A DNA stretch of 18,671 nt, taken from positions 1 to 18,671 of the forward strand of contig JBGANF010000146.1 in the NCBI GenBank assembly GCA_044222475.1, written 5' to 3'. The notes under the pieces were generated by a model. That model worked only from the letters and a program-made list of their open reading frames with translations. It was not told the origin of the DNA and made no database searches. Of the stretch, positions 7,350-16,930 are shown piece after piece (position 1 is the stretch's first letter; each line of letters begins with the position of its first letter). The DNA is from Polyangiaceae bacterium. Lineage in GTDB: Bacteria > Myxococcota_A > Polyangia > Polyangiales > Polyangiaceae. Position numbers and translations under genes: made by a program.

Positions 7350-10300
7350 ACGAAAAACCCTCTCGCAGAGCGTTTCTCCAAGGCTTCGTCGCGACGCTCG
7401 CGTACAGCGCGGCGGCGAACGCGGCACCGATTCATTACCTGAAGCCGATGACGATCGAGAATCCGCTGACGAGCTATCCCAATCGCGATTGGGAGCGCAC
7501 GTACCGGGCGATCTTCAAGCCGGATTCGTCGTTCGTGTTCCTCTGCGCGCCGAACGACACGCACAACTGTCTCTTGCGCGGGCACGTGAAGAACGGCGTC
7601 GTCGTGCGCATCGGTCCGACGTTCGGCTACGGCAAGGCTCAGGACCTCTACGGGAACACCGCGTCGCATCGATGGGACCCGCGCCTCTGTCAGAAGGGGC
7701 TCGCGCTCGTTCGCCGCATCTACGGTGATCGCCGCGTGAAGAGCCCGATGATCCGCCGCGGCTTCAAGGACTGGGCGGATGCCGGGTTCCCGCGCGATGC
7801 GGCCACCGGCAAGCCGGACCCGAAGTACTTCCAGCGCGGCAAGGACAAGTGGCTGAAGCTCTCGTGGGACGACGCGTACAAGTACTCCGCGCGCGCCATC
7901 GACGCGATCGCGAAGGCGTACTCCGGTGAAGGTGGGAAGAAGTTCCTCGAGGCGCAGGGCTACGACCCGGCCATGGTCGAGGCCACCGAAGGCTCGGGCA
8001 TGCAGACGTTCAAGCTGCGCGGCGGCATGGCGTTCCTCGGGGCGACGCGCATCTTCGGCCTCTATCGCTTCGCCAACATGATGGCCCTCGCCGACTCGAA
8101 GATCCGCGGCGTCGGCGCGGACAAGGCGATCGGCGCGCGCGGTTGGGACAGCTACTCGTGGCACACTGATCTCCCGCCCGGTCACCCGATGGTCACGGGC
8201 GCGCAGACGAACGATTTCGATCTCTTCAGCGTCGAGAACTCCAAGCTCTGCCTCGTGTGGGGCATGAACTGGATCACGACGAAGATGCCCGACAGCCACT
8301 GGCTCACCGAGGCGCGGCTCAAGGGCACGAAGGTGGTGATCGTCACCGTCGAGTACAGCGCGACCGCGAGCAAGGGCGACGAGGTCGTGATCATCCGCCC
8401 CGGCACCGACCCTGCGTTCGCCCTCGGGCTCGCTCAGGTGATCATGTCGAAGAAGCTCTACGACGTGCCGTGGGTGATGAAGAACACGGACCTTCCGTTC
8501 CTCATCCGCATGGACACCCTCCAGCCGTTGCGCCCCGAAGACGTGGACGCGGCGTACGTGGTGAAGGCGCCGGGCAACCTCACCGTGCTCAAGGCGGGGC
8601 AAGCGCCGCCGCCCGGTCCGCAGCACAAGAGCCAGATGGCCGGCGAAGCCATCGCCGCGGACATGAAGGCGTTCATGGTGTGGGACTCGAAGGCGAACAA
8701 AGCCGCGATCGTCACTCGCGACGACTGGGGGCCGGCGTTCGATCGCAAAGGCATCGTGCCCGACCTCGCGGCGAAACGGACCGTGAAGCTCAAGGAAGGC
8801 ACCGAGGTCGAGGTGCGCACGCACTTCTCGCTCCTCTCGCAGTACCTCGACGAGAACCTCACGCCGAAGCAGGTCCAAGAGATCACCGGCGCCCCGGCGG
8901 CCGCCATCGAGGCCCTGGCCGCGCAGATCGCCCAGAACCCGGAGAAGACGACCATCGCGACCGGCATGGGTCCGAACCAGTTCTTCAACTCGGACCTCAA
9001 GGATCGCGCGATCCTGCTCGTCGCCGCGCTCACGAGGAACCTCGGGTTCCCCGGAGGGAACGTCGGCAGCTACGCCGGCAACTACCGCGCAGCGTTGTTC
9101 GGTGGTCTGCCGCTCTTCACCGTCGAGGATCCGTTCGCGATCCAGCTCGACCCGAAGGGCAAGGTCGCGACCAAGAAGTACCTCCACTACGAGTCGCTGC
9201 ACTACTACAACTACGGCGACCGCCCTCTGCGTCAGGGCAACAAGCTCTTCACCGGGAAAGGGCACCTGCCGACGCCGACGAAGGCGATGTGGCTGAACAA
9301 CTCGAACTCGGTCATCGGCAACGTCAAGTGGCACTTCGACGTCGTCAACAACACGCTCCCGAAGATCGAGTTCATCGCCTTCAGTGATTGGTGGTGGACG
9401 GCGTCGTGCGAGTACAGCGACATCGTGTTCGCGTGCGACTCGTGGGCCGAGTTCAAGGCTCCCGACATGACCGCGAGCTGCACGAACCCGTTCGTGCAGG
9501 TCTACCCGAAGACCCCGCTCGAGCGGGTCTTCGACACGAAGGCCGACATCGAGATCATCTCCGGCGTGAGCCACGCCCTCGGCGATCTCTACGCCGACGA
9601 GCGCTTCGCTGCGTATTGGAAGTTCGCCGACGAAGGCAACACCGACGTCTATCTCCAGCGCATCATCGACGCGTCCTTCTCGCTGAAGGGGTACAAGTTC
9701 GCCGACCTCCACGAGAAGGCGAAGGACGGCATCCCCGCGCTCGTCAACACGCGCACGTATCCGCGCGCGTCGTCGTACGAGCAGGCGAAGGGCGAGCAGC
9801 CCTGGCACACGAAGTCCGGCCGGCTCGAGTTCTACCGGCCCGAAGCCGACTTCATCGAAGCCGGCGAGAACCTGGTCATCCACCGCGAGCCCATCGACTC
9901 GACCCACTTCGAGCCCAACGTCATCGTCGCCAAGGCGCACCCGGCGATCCGCCCCAAGCAGCCCGAGGAGTACGGGCTGAAGCGCGACGACCTGTCGACC
10001 GAGACGCGGCAGGTGCGCAACGTGATGAAGACGGTCGACGAGCTCCTGGAGAGCGTGCACCCGCTCAAGGCCAAGGGCTTCGGCTACGTCTACCACACGC
10101 CGAAGTACCGACACGGAGCGCACACGACGCCGGTCGACACCGACTTCACCGGCGTGCTCTTCGGGCCGTTCGGCGACGTCTACCGTCACGACAAGCGCTT
10201 GCCGTCGATCACGGAAGGCTACGTCGACATCAACCCGCAAGACGCCAAGGAGCTGAAGCTCGACGACGGCGACTACGTCTACATCGACGCCGATCCGAGC

Positions 10301-10801
10301 GACCGCCCGTTCCGCGGGTTCAAGGAAGGCACCCAAGAGTACAAGGTCGCGCGTCTCCTCCTCCGCATCCGCTACTACCCCGGCACGCCGCGTGGAATCA
10401 CGCGTACGTGGCACAACATGTACGGGGCCACGTTCGGCAGCGTCCAAGGTCACGAGACGCGCGAGGACGGTCTCGCGAAGAACCCCGAGACGAACTACCA
10501 GGCGATGTACCGCTACGGCTCGCACCAGAGCGCGACCCGCGCGTGGTTGAAGCCGACGCTGATGACCGAGACGTTGTTCCACAAGGACATGTTCGGTCAG
10601 ACGATCGTGAAGGGATTCCTCGCCGACGTGCACTGCCCGGTAGGTGCGCCGCGTGAGGCGTTCGTGAAGATCACGAAGCAAGAAGACGGCGGGATGGACG
10701 GGAAGGGCCTCTGGCGCCCGGCCGCGCTCGGGTTCCGTCCGACCTACGAGAGCGACGGAATGAAGCAGTACCTCAAAGGCCAATTCATCGGCGTCAAGTA
10801 G
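7346..10801 (+). CDS. nxrA: Periplasmic nitrite oxidoreductase/nitrate reductase-like alpha subunit (type II DMSO reductase family, Mo-bisPGD)
   Basis: Tat motif SRRAFLQ with an ANA cleavage site; [14 protein letters not shown]0 motif [10 protein letters not shown]39-C (PRLCQKG); putative Mo-ligand Asp275 in [35 protein letters not shown]; 1151 aa. Confidence 0.9.
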   Translation: MNEKPSRRAFLQGFVATLAYSAAANAAPIHYLKPMTIENPLTSYPNRDWERTYRAIFKPDSSFVFLCAPNDTHNCLLRGHVKNGVVVRIGPTFGYGKAQDLYGNTASHRWDPRLCQKGLALVRRIYGDRRVKSPMIRRGFKDWADAGFPRDAATGKPDPKYFQRGKDKWLKLSWDDAYKYSARAIDAIAKAYSGEGGKKFLEAQGYDPAMVEATEGSGMQTFKLRGGMAFLGATRIFGLYRFANMMALADSKIRGVGADKAIGARGWDSYSWHTDLPPGHPMVTGAQTNDFDLFSVENSKLCLVWGMNWITTKMPDSHWLTEARLKGTKVVIVTVEYSATASKGDEVVIIRPGTDPAFALGLAQVIMSKKLYDVPWVMKNTDLPFLIRMDTLQPLRPEDVDAAYVVKAPGNLTVLKAGQAPPPGPQHKSQMAGEAIAADMKAFMVWDSKANKAAIVTRDDWGPAFDRKGIVPDLAAKRTVKLKEGTEVEVRTHFSLLSQYLDENLTPKQVQEITGAPAAAIEALAAQIAQNPEKTTIATGMGPNQFFNSDLKDRAILLVAALTRNLGFPGGNVGSYAGNYRAALFGGLPLFTVEDPFAIQLDPKGKVATKKYLHYESLHYYNYGDRPLRQGNKLFTGKGHLPTPTKAMWLNNSNSVIGNVKWHFDVVNNTLPKIEFIAFSDWWWTASCEYSDIVFACDSWAEFKAPDMTASCTNPFVQVYPKTPLERVFDTKADIEIISGVSHALGDLYADERFAAYWKFADEGNTDVYLQRIIDASFSLKGYKFADLHEKAKDGIPALVNTRTYPRASSYEQAKGEQPWHTKSGRLEFYRPEADFIEAGENLVIHREPIDSTHFEPNVIVAKAHPAIRPKQPEEYGLKRDDLSTETRQVRNVMKTVDELLESVHPLKAKGFGYVYHTPKYRHGAHTTPVDTDFTGVLFGPFGDVYRHDKRLPSITEGYVDINPQDAKELKLDDGDYVYIDADPSDRPFRGFKEGTQEYKVARLLLRIRYYPGTPRGITRTWHNMYGATFGSVQGHETREDGLAKNPETNYQAMYRYGSHQSATRAWLKPTLMTETLFHKDMFGQTIVKGFLADVHCPVGAPREAFVKITKQEDGGMDGKGLWRPAALGFRPTYESDGMKQYLKGQFIGVK

Positions 10802-10815
10802 CGAGGAGCCTCGTC

Positions 10816-11952
10816 ATGCCCAAAGTGAAGAATTGGCAGGTCAAGCGCGACATCGAATACCCGTACGAGGAAGGGCGCCCGAAGAAGCAGTGGGCGATCG
10901 TCTTCGACCTCAACAAGTGCATCGCGTGCCAGACGTGCACACTCGCCTGCAAGACCACGTGGACCAGCGGTCACGGGCAGGAGTACATGTTCTGGAACAA
11001 CGTCGAGACCAAGCCGTGGGGCGGGTACCCGCTCGCTTGGGACCTACGCATCCTCGAGAAGCTCGGCAAGCAGGAGTGGAGCTCGAGCGGCGAGTACCAA
11101 GGCAAGACGTTGATCGAATCAGCGCCGCCGACCGAACGCGTGCTCCACTTCGCGCCGACCGACGAAGACTGGATGTACCCGAACGTCGGCGAGGACGATT
11201 GCGCGGGCGGCACCCTCGACAAGGGCGGCCACATGGGCTCGCTTCCGCACGACAAGTGGTTCTTCTACCTCCCGCGGACCTGTGCACACTGCACCTATCC
11301 CGCGTGCCTCGCCGCGTGTCCGCGCAAGGCGATCTACAAGCGGGAAGAGGACGGCATCGTCCTCATCGATCAGTCGCGGTGCAAAGGCTACGGCGAGTGC
11401 GTGCGCGCCTGTCCGTACAAGAAGTCGATGTACAACCCGCACACCCGCACCAGCGAGAAGTGCATCGGCTGCTTCCCCGCGGTCGAGGAGGGCGTGCAAC
11501 CGCAGTGCGTCGTCAACTGCATCGGCAAGATCCGCGTGATGGGTTTCATCAGCCCGCCGTGGGCAGCTCGTGACGACAACCCAGTCGACTTCCTCGTCCA
11601 CAAGAAGCAGATCGCGCTTCCCTACTATCCTCAGCTCGGCCTCGAGCCGAACATCTATTACATCCCGCCGATCCACGCCGACCGCGACTACCTCAAGCAG
11701 ATGTTCGGTCCGCTCGTCGAGGGAGCGATCGAGCGCTACCGCAACCTCGAGAGCGACCCGGTCGCGCATGGTCTCCTCTGCCTGATCGGCAGCACGGACC
11801 GAATCATGCACCGCTTCGAAGTGAAGGACGGCAAGGCCGCCGGCTTCGACGACAAGGGAAAGGAGCTCGTCCGGGTTCCGATCACCGAGAAGGTCATCGA
11901 GCGCAGCGCCTTCGACGGCGCGATTGGCGCCATTCGCAACAACACCCCGTGA
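10816..11952 (+). CDS. nxrB: NXR/NAR-like beta subunit (three [4Fe-4S] plus one [3Fe-4S])
   Basis: AGGAG RBS at 10804. Motifs CIACQTCTLAC, CAHCTYPACLAAC, CKGYGECVRAC (3Fe-4S type) and CIGC-x11-CVVNC; GQEYMFWNNVETKP; NWQ..R...YPYEE N-terminus as in periplasmic NxrB. Confidence 0.92.
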   Translation: MPKVKNWQVKRDIEYPYEEGRPKKQWAIVFDLNKCIACQTCTLACKTTWTSGHGQEYMFWNNVETKPWGGYPLAWDLRILEKLGKQEWSSSGEYQGKTLIESAPPTERVLHFAPTDEDWMYPNVGEDDCAGGTLDKGGHMGSLPHDKWFFYLPRTCAHCTYPACLAACPRKAIYKREEDGIVLIDQSRCKGYGECVRACPYKKSMYNPHTRTSEKCIGCFPAVEEGVQPQCVVNCIGKIRVMGFISPPWAARDDNPVDFLVHKKQIALPYYPQLGLEPNIYYIPPIHADRDYLKQMFGPLVEGAIERYRNLESDPVAHGLLCLIGSTDRIMHRFEVKDGKAAGFDDKGKELVRVPITEKVIERSAFDGAIGAIRNNTP

Positions 11953-11975
11953 CGTGGATGCACAGGAGAACGCAC

Positions 11976-12869
11976 ATGAGGTCCTTCCGTTTGGGTGCTT
12001 GCATCGCCGCCGTGCTCTTGGCGGTCGGCCCGACCGCCGGCTGCTCGGGGTGCGGGAAGTCCAAAGGTCCCGAGAAGGAGGCCGCCCAGCCGCTCACCGA
12101 GCTCTCGGTGAAGAAGGTGGCGCAGGATCTCTCTCAGCCCGATCCGAACGCCGCGTTCTGGAACGACGTGCCCGCCGGCTCGGTGAAGCTCACGGCCCAA
12201 CCGATGATCGCTCCGCGCCCGGAGACGCTCACGACCGATCTCATCGCCGTGCAGGCCGTTCATGACGGGACGCACGTCGCGTTTCGCCTCCAGTGGAAGG
12301 ACACCGAGAAGAGCGAAGCTGGGCACCTCGGCGAGTTCTCGGACGCGCTCGCCCTCGAGTTCCCCGCGTCGGACGGCCCAGTCCCGCCGGTGATGATGGG
12401 CGCGAAGGACATGCCCGTACACCTCTTCCACTGGCGCGCGCAGTACCAGCGCGACCAAGAGCAGGGGAAGCCGACGATGGAGATGCTCTATCCCCACAAG
12501 TCGACCGACATGTACCCGCTCGAGTTCAAGGAGATCGAGGGCGGCACTCCCGCCGATCGCGAGAAGTTTTCGCCCGGCGTCGCCGAGGGCAACCCGCAGA
12601 GCTACGCGAAGAAAGGCGTCGACGAGATCATCGCCGAGGGCTTCTCGACGTCTGCCGTCCAGCAGGGACACGGAAGCGCAGCGCACGGCGAGTGGAAAGA
12701 CGGCGAGTGGTCGCTCGTGATCGTGCGGCCGCTCGTGATCGAAGGTGGCTCGACCCTCAAGGCTGGAACGAAGGGCAACATCGCCTTCGCGGTTTGGCAG
12801 GGCGGCAAAGGTGAAGTGGGCTCCCGCAAGTGTCTGACCATGCAGTGGTACCCGGTGAACATCCTATGA
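11976..12869 (+). CDS. nxrC: Heme b gamma subunit (EbdC/DOMON-like EB_dh family), probable lipoprotein
   Basis: AGGAG at 11964-11968 supports ATG 11976. Signal ends in TAGCSGC. FSDALALEFP..PPVMMG..LFHWRA and IAFAVWQG...GSRK supply candidate Met/Lys heme ligands; no CxxCH. Confidence 0.82.
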   Translation: MRSFRLGACIAAVLLAVGPTAGCSGCGKSKGPEKEAAQPLTELSVKKVAQDLSQPDPNAAFWNDVPAGSVKLTAQPMIAPRPETLTTDLIAVQAVHDGTHVAFRLQWKDTEKSEAGHLGEFSDALALEFPASDGPVPPVMMGAKDMPVHLFHWRAQYQRDQEQGKPTMEMLYPHKSTDMYPLEFKEIEGGTPADREKFSPGVAEGNPQSYAKKGVDEIIAEGFSTSAVQQGHGSAAHGEWKDGEWSLVIVRPLVIEGGSTLKAGTKGNIAFAVWQGGKGEVGSRKCLTMQWYPVNIL

Positions 12870-13549
12870 ACACGACCAACCTCGCACTCGATCGCGCACG
12901 CCAGTTCTCGCTGGCGTCTCTTCTCACCTCCTACCCCGAGGACGAGCTCGGCGAGCTGCTCGCCGAGCTGCCGCTCGGTGATCACCCCGGCGCAGCGCGC
13001 ATGCGGGAGTTCCTCTCCCACGACGGGACGGTCGACGATCTGCGGTCGGCCTACGTGGACCTCTTCGATCGCGGTGGCGATCGCGCGTCGCTCTACGAGA
13101 CCGAGTACGGGCGCATGCGCGGCATGTCCAAAGGGCACGATCTCGCCGACATCGCCGGCTTCTACCGCGCGTTCGGGCTCGACCTCGACGCGGATCACGC
13201 CCGCGAGACCGGCGACCACATCGCCATCGAGCTCGAGTTCTACTCGATGCTCTTGGCCAAACAGGCGTACCTCGACGAGCACGGCGACGGCGAGGGGAGC
13301 TCCATCGTCCTCGACGCGCGGAAGAAGTTCCTCGCCGATCACCTCGGCCGATTCGCCTCGGCGATCGCTCTTCGCGGCGCGGTCAAGGACGACGAAGTCT
13401 ACGGTCCCGTCTTCGAGTGGGTCAGCCGCATCGTCGGCGGCGAGTGTGCCGCGCTCGGCGTCGAGCCCCCGCCGCTCGACTACTTCGCCGACCCCGACGC
13501 GAAGGAGGAGATGAAATGCGGGTCGGTGCACCTACCGATCGTGTCGTGA
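12866..13549 (+). CDS. TorD/DmsD-family molybdoenzyme maturation chaperone (delta subunit)
   Basis: ATGA overlap with gamma; YVDLF, SLYETEY, LADIAGFYRAFG, DHIAIELEF, FLADHLGRF. Confidence 0.88.
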   Translation: MNTTNLALDRARQFSLASLLTSYPEDELGELLAELPLGDHPGAARMREFLSHDGTVDDLRSAYVDLFDRGGDRASLYETEYGRMRGMSKGHDLADIAGFYRAFGLDLDADHARETGDHIAIELEFYSMLLAKQAYLDEHGDGEGSSIVLDARKKFLADHLGRFASAIALRGAVKDDEVYGPVFEWVSRIVGGECAALGVEPPPLDYFADPDAKEEMKCGSVHLPIVS

Positions 13550-14502
13550 GCAGTCGCCCGCTCACCCTTCGGGTGAGCGTTCTCGATCGCTGTCAGTACC
13601 GCTGCGAGTACTGTCGGCCGGGCGCACTGGCGCCGTTCCTCACCCACGACGAGTGCCTCTCCGTCGCTCAGTACGAGAGGATGGCCCCGTGCTTCGCTGC
13701 GATTGGCGTGGACAAGGTCCGGTTCACGGGAGGCGAGCCTCTCCTTCGGCCCGAGCTCCCGGAGATCGTCCGGGTCTTTCGGGCGAGCATCCCCGAGGGG
13801 CGCCTCTGCGTCACGACGAACGGACAGCTCCTCGATCGCGCCCTCGAGCGGCTCGCGGAGGCCGGCCTCACCGGAGCGACCGTTCACGTCGACAGCTTGC
13901 GCCCCGACCGCTATCGCGAGCTCATGGGGGACGGCGACGTCGGTCTCGTCCTCGAAGGGCTCTTTCGCGCGCAGCGCCGCCTCGACGAGGTCAAGGTGAA
14001 CGTCGTCGTGCAGCGCGGCAAGAACGACGACGAGCTCGAAGACTTCATCGTCTTCTCGCGGCGAACCGGGATCCAAGTACGCTTCATCGAGCTCATGAAC
14101 ACCGGCAGCAACGTCGCCTACACGAAGAAGACGTTCTTCACCGGAAGAGAGATCGTCGAGCGCATCCGCGTTCGCGCCGGGGCGGTCGCGATCGACCGTG
14201 CCCGCCCGACCGACCCGGCATCGCTGTACCGCACCGACGAGGGCGTGATCTTCGGGGTGATCGCCTCGGACACCGAGTCGTTTTGTTCGGGCTGCAATCG
14301 CCTGCGCCTCACCGCGGGCGGGGATCTCCGCGGTTGCCTCTACCAAGCGCGCGGCATCGATCTCCGCGGCGCGCTCGATCGCTCGTCGCCCGGAGAGCTC
14401 GAGGCGCTGATCGAGCGGGCGGTGGCCGAGAAGCGAAGCCACCACCCCCAGCTGATTCCGCTCCGCCGCGTTCGATTCAGCATGGCGCAGACCGGCGGTT
14501 GA
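13546..14502 (+). CDS. moaA: GTP 3',8-cyclase (radical SAM, Moco biosynthesis)
   Basis: GTGA overlap with the chaperone; LRVSVLDRCQYRCEYC, RFTGGEPLLR, RFIELM, FCSGCNRLRLT...CL; C-terminal GG. Confidence 0.92.
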   Translation: MSSRPLTLRVSVLDRCQYRCEYCRPGALAPFLTHDECLSVAQYERMAPCFAAIGVDKVRFTGGEPLLRPELPEIVRVFRASIPEGRLCVTTNGQLLDRALERLAEAGLTGATVHVDSLRPDRYRELMGDGDVGLVLEGLFRAQRRLDEVKVNVVVQRGKNDDELEDFIVFSRRTGIQVRFIELMNTGSNVAYTKKTFFTGREIVERIRVRAGAVAIDRARPTDPASLYRTDEGVIFGVIASDTESFCSGCNRLRLTAGGDLRGCLYQARGIDLRGALDRSSPGELEALIERAVAEKRSHHPQLIPLRRVRFSMAQTGG

Positions 14503-14519
14503 TCGAAGATGGGTCGTCG

Positions 14520-15002
14520 ATGAACCCTCCCCGAATCGAACACATCGTGGTTTCTCCGGCCCACGTCTACGTCGGCCACTTCGGGCGCCCGCCCGGGACC
14601 GAGCCTGCGGTCGAGCGCGATGCGGTTCGGTTGATCCCCGGCCGCGGCATCGCGGAGGATCGCTACAGTCAGCGCGAGGAAGGCCACCCCAAGCAGATCA
14701 CCTTCTTCGCGATGGAGGTACTGGACGCACTCGCTGCGCACGTCGGACAAATCGTCCCACCGACGAGCGTTCGCCGAAACGTGTTCACGCGAGGCGTCGA
14801 CCTCCCGTCGCTCATCGGGCGGAAGTTCACGTTCCAAGGCGTGTCGTTCGAAGGCGTGGAGCACTGCAAGCCGTGCTTCTGGATGGACACCGCAGTGGCG
14901 AAGGGAGCCGAGGCGTTCCTCGAAGGGCGCGGAGGGCTGCGCGCGCGCATCCTGTCAGGCGAATCGCTGCGAGTCGGAGAGGCGCCGCTCGTCGTCGTTT
15001 GA
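14520..15002 (+). CDS. MOSC-domain protein (160 aa)
   Basis: GRGIAEDRY, QITFF, RRNVFTRGVDL..LIGRKF, CKPC, GRGGLRARILSG. Confidence 0.85.
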   Translation: MNPPRIEHIVVSPAHVYVGHFGRPPGTEPAVERDAVRLIPGRGIAEDRYSQREEGHPKQITFFAMEVLDALAAHVGQIVPPTSVRRNVFTRGVDLPSLIGRKFTFQGVSFEGVEHCKPCFWMDTAVAKGAEAFLEGRGGLRARILSGESLRVGEAPLVVV

Positions 15003-15011
15003 TCGACGAGA

Positions 15012-15027
15012 GATGACATCCGTCATC
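15012..15027 (+). promoter_or_regulatory. Putative Crp/Fnr-family operator upstream of the beta-barrel gene
   Basis: Perfect inverted repeat GATGAC-ATCC-GTCATC ending 43 bp before ATG 15071; near-identical to 6473-6487. Confidence 0.65.
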
Positions 15028-15070
15028 CCAATTTGCTCGAGCGCGAGCCAGCCTAGGGGGCGAGGTTCGC

Positions 15071-16018
15071 ATGAAGACTGCCTCAGCCGCTGCCGTCGCT
15101 CTTGCGCTGGCACTCGCATCGCCGCTCGCACATGCCGACGAGGCGAAGCCCAAGCCGCCGCCGCCTCCACCGTACTCCATTCCGTTTGGGCTCCGGCCCG
15201 TCCCCGCCGTCAACGTCGTCCGCTGGGACACGTCGTTCGCGCGCTACGAGGACGCGGCGTCGCGTCCGGGTCTCACCGTCGCGACGATCCTCACGGCGGC
15301 GGTTCGCATCCCGCAGACCGGCCCGCCGACTGCGGGTCTCTCGGCGCTGCTTCGACTCGGGATGGTGACCGACGTCCCGGTGCTGGGCGCGCGCGGTGGC
15401 TCCGCCGTCATCAACCCTCTCGTCGGTGCGTCCTACGCGATCAAGACGAGCTTCGGCCTGCGCTTCAACGCCTTCCTCGGGTTGACTCTTCCGATCGGCG
15501 GCGGTGGCGGCGACACGCCGAACGGCGACAGCCTCGCCGCGCGGCAGCGCGGCCTCAACGCGCGCGCACAACTCGACAACGCGCTGTTCGCGGTCAACGA
15601 CTTCACGATCATCCCCGGCGTCGACGTGGCCTGGGTCGGCAAGGGGCTGACGGTCCAAGCGGAGATCACGCTTCTCCAGCTCACGCGCGTCCGCGGCGAG
15701 CTCGCGCAGGGAGAGGCGAGCAAGACCAACCTGACGATGGGCTTGCACGTCGGCTACTTCCTCATCAAGCAGCTATCGGTCGCAGGGGAGCTCCGCTACC
15801 AGCGGTGGCTGAACGCACCGTTCGCGGTGGAGAAAGACGCGACCGGAGCCAGCCAAGACAACCTGACGTTCGCGCTCGGCGTGCGAGGCCACTTCAAGCT
15901 GGCCGACACGATTTGGATCCGGCCCGGCCTGAGCTACGGGCGAGGTCTCGACAAGCCGATGGCGGCGGCGACGCCGAACTACCACATCGTGCAGCTCGAC
16001 GTGCCGTTCCTCTTCTAG
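15071..16018 (+). CDS. Outer-membrane beta-barrel protein (putative porin or channel)
   Basis: Sec signal (…ASPLAHA), Pro-rich linker, many amphipathic beta strands and a C-terminal Phe (VQLDVPFLF). Confidence 0.75.
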   Translation: MKTASAAAVALALALASPLAHADEAKPKPPPPPPYSIPFGLRPVPAVNVVRWDTSFARYEDAASRPGLTVATILTAAVRIPQTGPPTAGLSALLRLGMVTDVPVLGARGGSAVINPLVGASYAIKTSFGLRFNAFLGLTLPIGGGGGDTPNGDSLAARQRGLNARAQLDNALFAVNDFTIIPGVDVAWVGKGLTVQAEITLLQLTRVRGELAQGEASKTNLTMGLHVGYFLIKQLSVAGELRYQRWLNAPFAVEKDATGASQDNLTFALGVRGHFKLADTIWIRPGLSYGRGLDKPMAAATPNYHIVQLDVPFLF

Positions 16019-16930
16019 AGCTTCAGCTCCGCGGGCTTCACGGCGTTCTTCACCGGCGGCACCTTGCGCAGCGCGCCGACGAGCGACCGCACGTCGTCGT
16101 CGGTCATTCCGCCGTAGTGGGGCCACGGCATGCCGTACAGCGCGCGACCCTGCTTCGTCTTCGAGATGCCGTGCTTGATCGCCTCGAAGACCTCGTCGTC
16201 GGTCCACGTTCCGATGCCCGTCTCCGGGTCGCTCGTGATGTTTGCAACATACACGTATCCCTTGGTCCCGACGGGAAACTTGTTCCCGCCCGCCATGGTC
16301 ATGCCGGGGAGGGGCTCGTGGCGCTCGTTCGAGGTGGTGTGGCAATCGGTGCAGTTGCACGCCACGAGCAGGAAGTCCCCGCGCTTCGGATCGCCGGGCG
16401 GTGGCGCTGGCGGCGGCGATGACGCGAGCGGCTTCGGTGCCGCGCGCGCGAACATCGAGACCGGGAACGAGATCTCCATCGGTCCGGGATCGTTCGTGCT
16501 CGCCGGGAGCGTTCGCAAGTACGCGACGACCGCGAGCGCGTCGTCGTCCGACATCACTTGGGCGTAGGTCGGGTAGGGCATCATCGGGAAGAGCGCGCGG
16601 CCGTTCTTGTCGACGCCTTCGCGCATGGCGCGCACGACCTCGCCGTCGGACCAAGCGCCGATGCCGGCGCTCTTGTCGCTCGTGATGTTCTTGGCTCGGA
16701 TGTGGCCTGGAAAGCCGGGGAGCTCACCGAAGTCGCGGCCGATGCCGATCTTGTCTTCGTAGAGGGGCTCTCCCGGGAGCTCGTCATGAACGGGGGAGTG
16801 GCACCCGGTACACACGTACACGTGCCGCGCGAGGTACTCGCCGCGCTTGATCGTGTCGGGGTCCGCTCCACCACCACTGCTGCCACCGCGCAAAAACACC
16901 GCGAGCACCTGCCCGTTTCAGAATCCGCAT
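16015..16930 (-). pseudogene. Diheme cytochrome c (dehydrogenase cytochrome-subunit-like) with a damaged 5' end
   Basis: CTGCH and CTDCH; duplicated NITSD..GIG.W.D domains; Met ligand candidates in PMMPY and GMPW. The 5' end lacks 52+5+5 bp relative to the copy at 17109-17417, so the signal/TM segment is lost. The open frame is 16015..16908. Confidence 0.75.

Noticed and set aside
7205..10783. 1192-aa antisense ORF opposite the alpha subunit
   Set aside because: A shadow ORF produced by extreme GC3 bias; Arg/Val/Leu-rich with no motifs, while the + strand gene is a clear family member.
7346..13549. Canonical cytoplasmic narGHJI
   Set aside because: Alpha has a Tat signal and a Cys/Asp FS0 motif instead of HxxxCxxxC, gamma is EbdC-like rather than NarI, and there is no narK.
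13653..14519. 449-aa ORF as an N-terminally extended MOSC protein
   Set aside because: The extension overlaps moaA out of frame and is low-complexity Arg-rich; the plausible start is ATG 14520.
16015..16018. Overlapping convergent stop codons (CTAG) of the porin and cytochrome c genes
   Set aside because: Common in compact GC-rich genomes; no further evidence of function.
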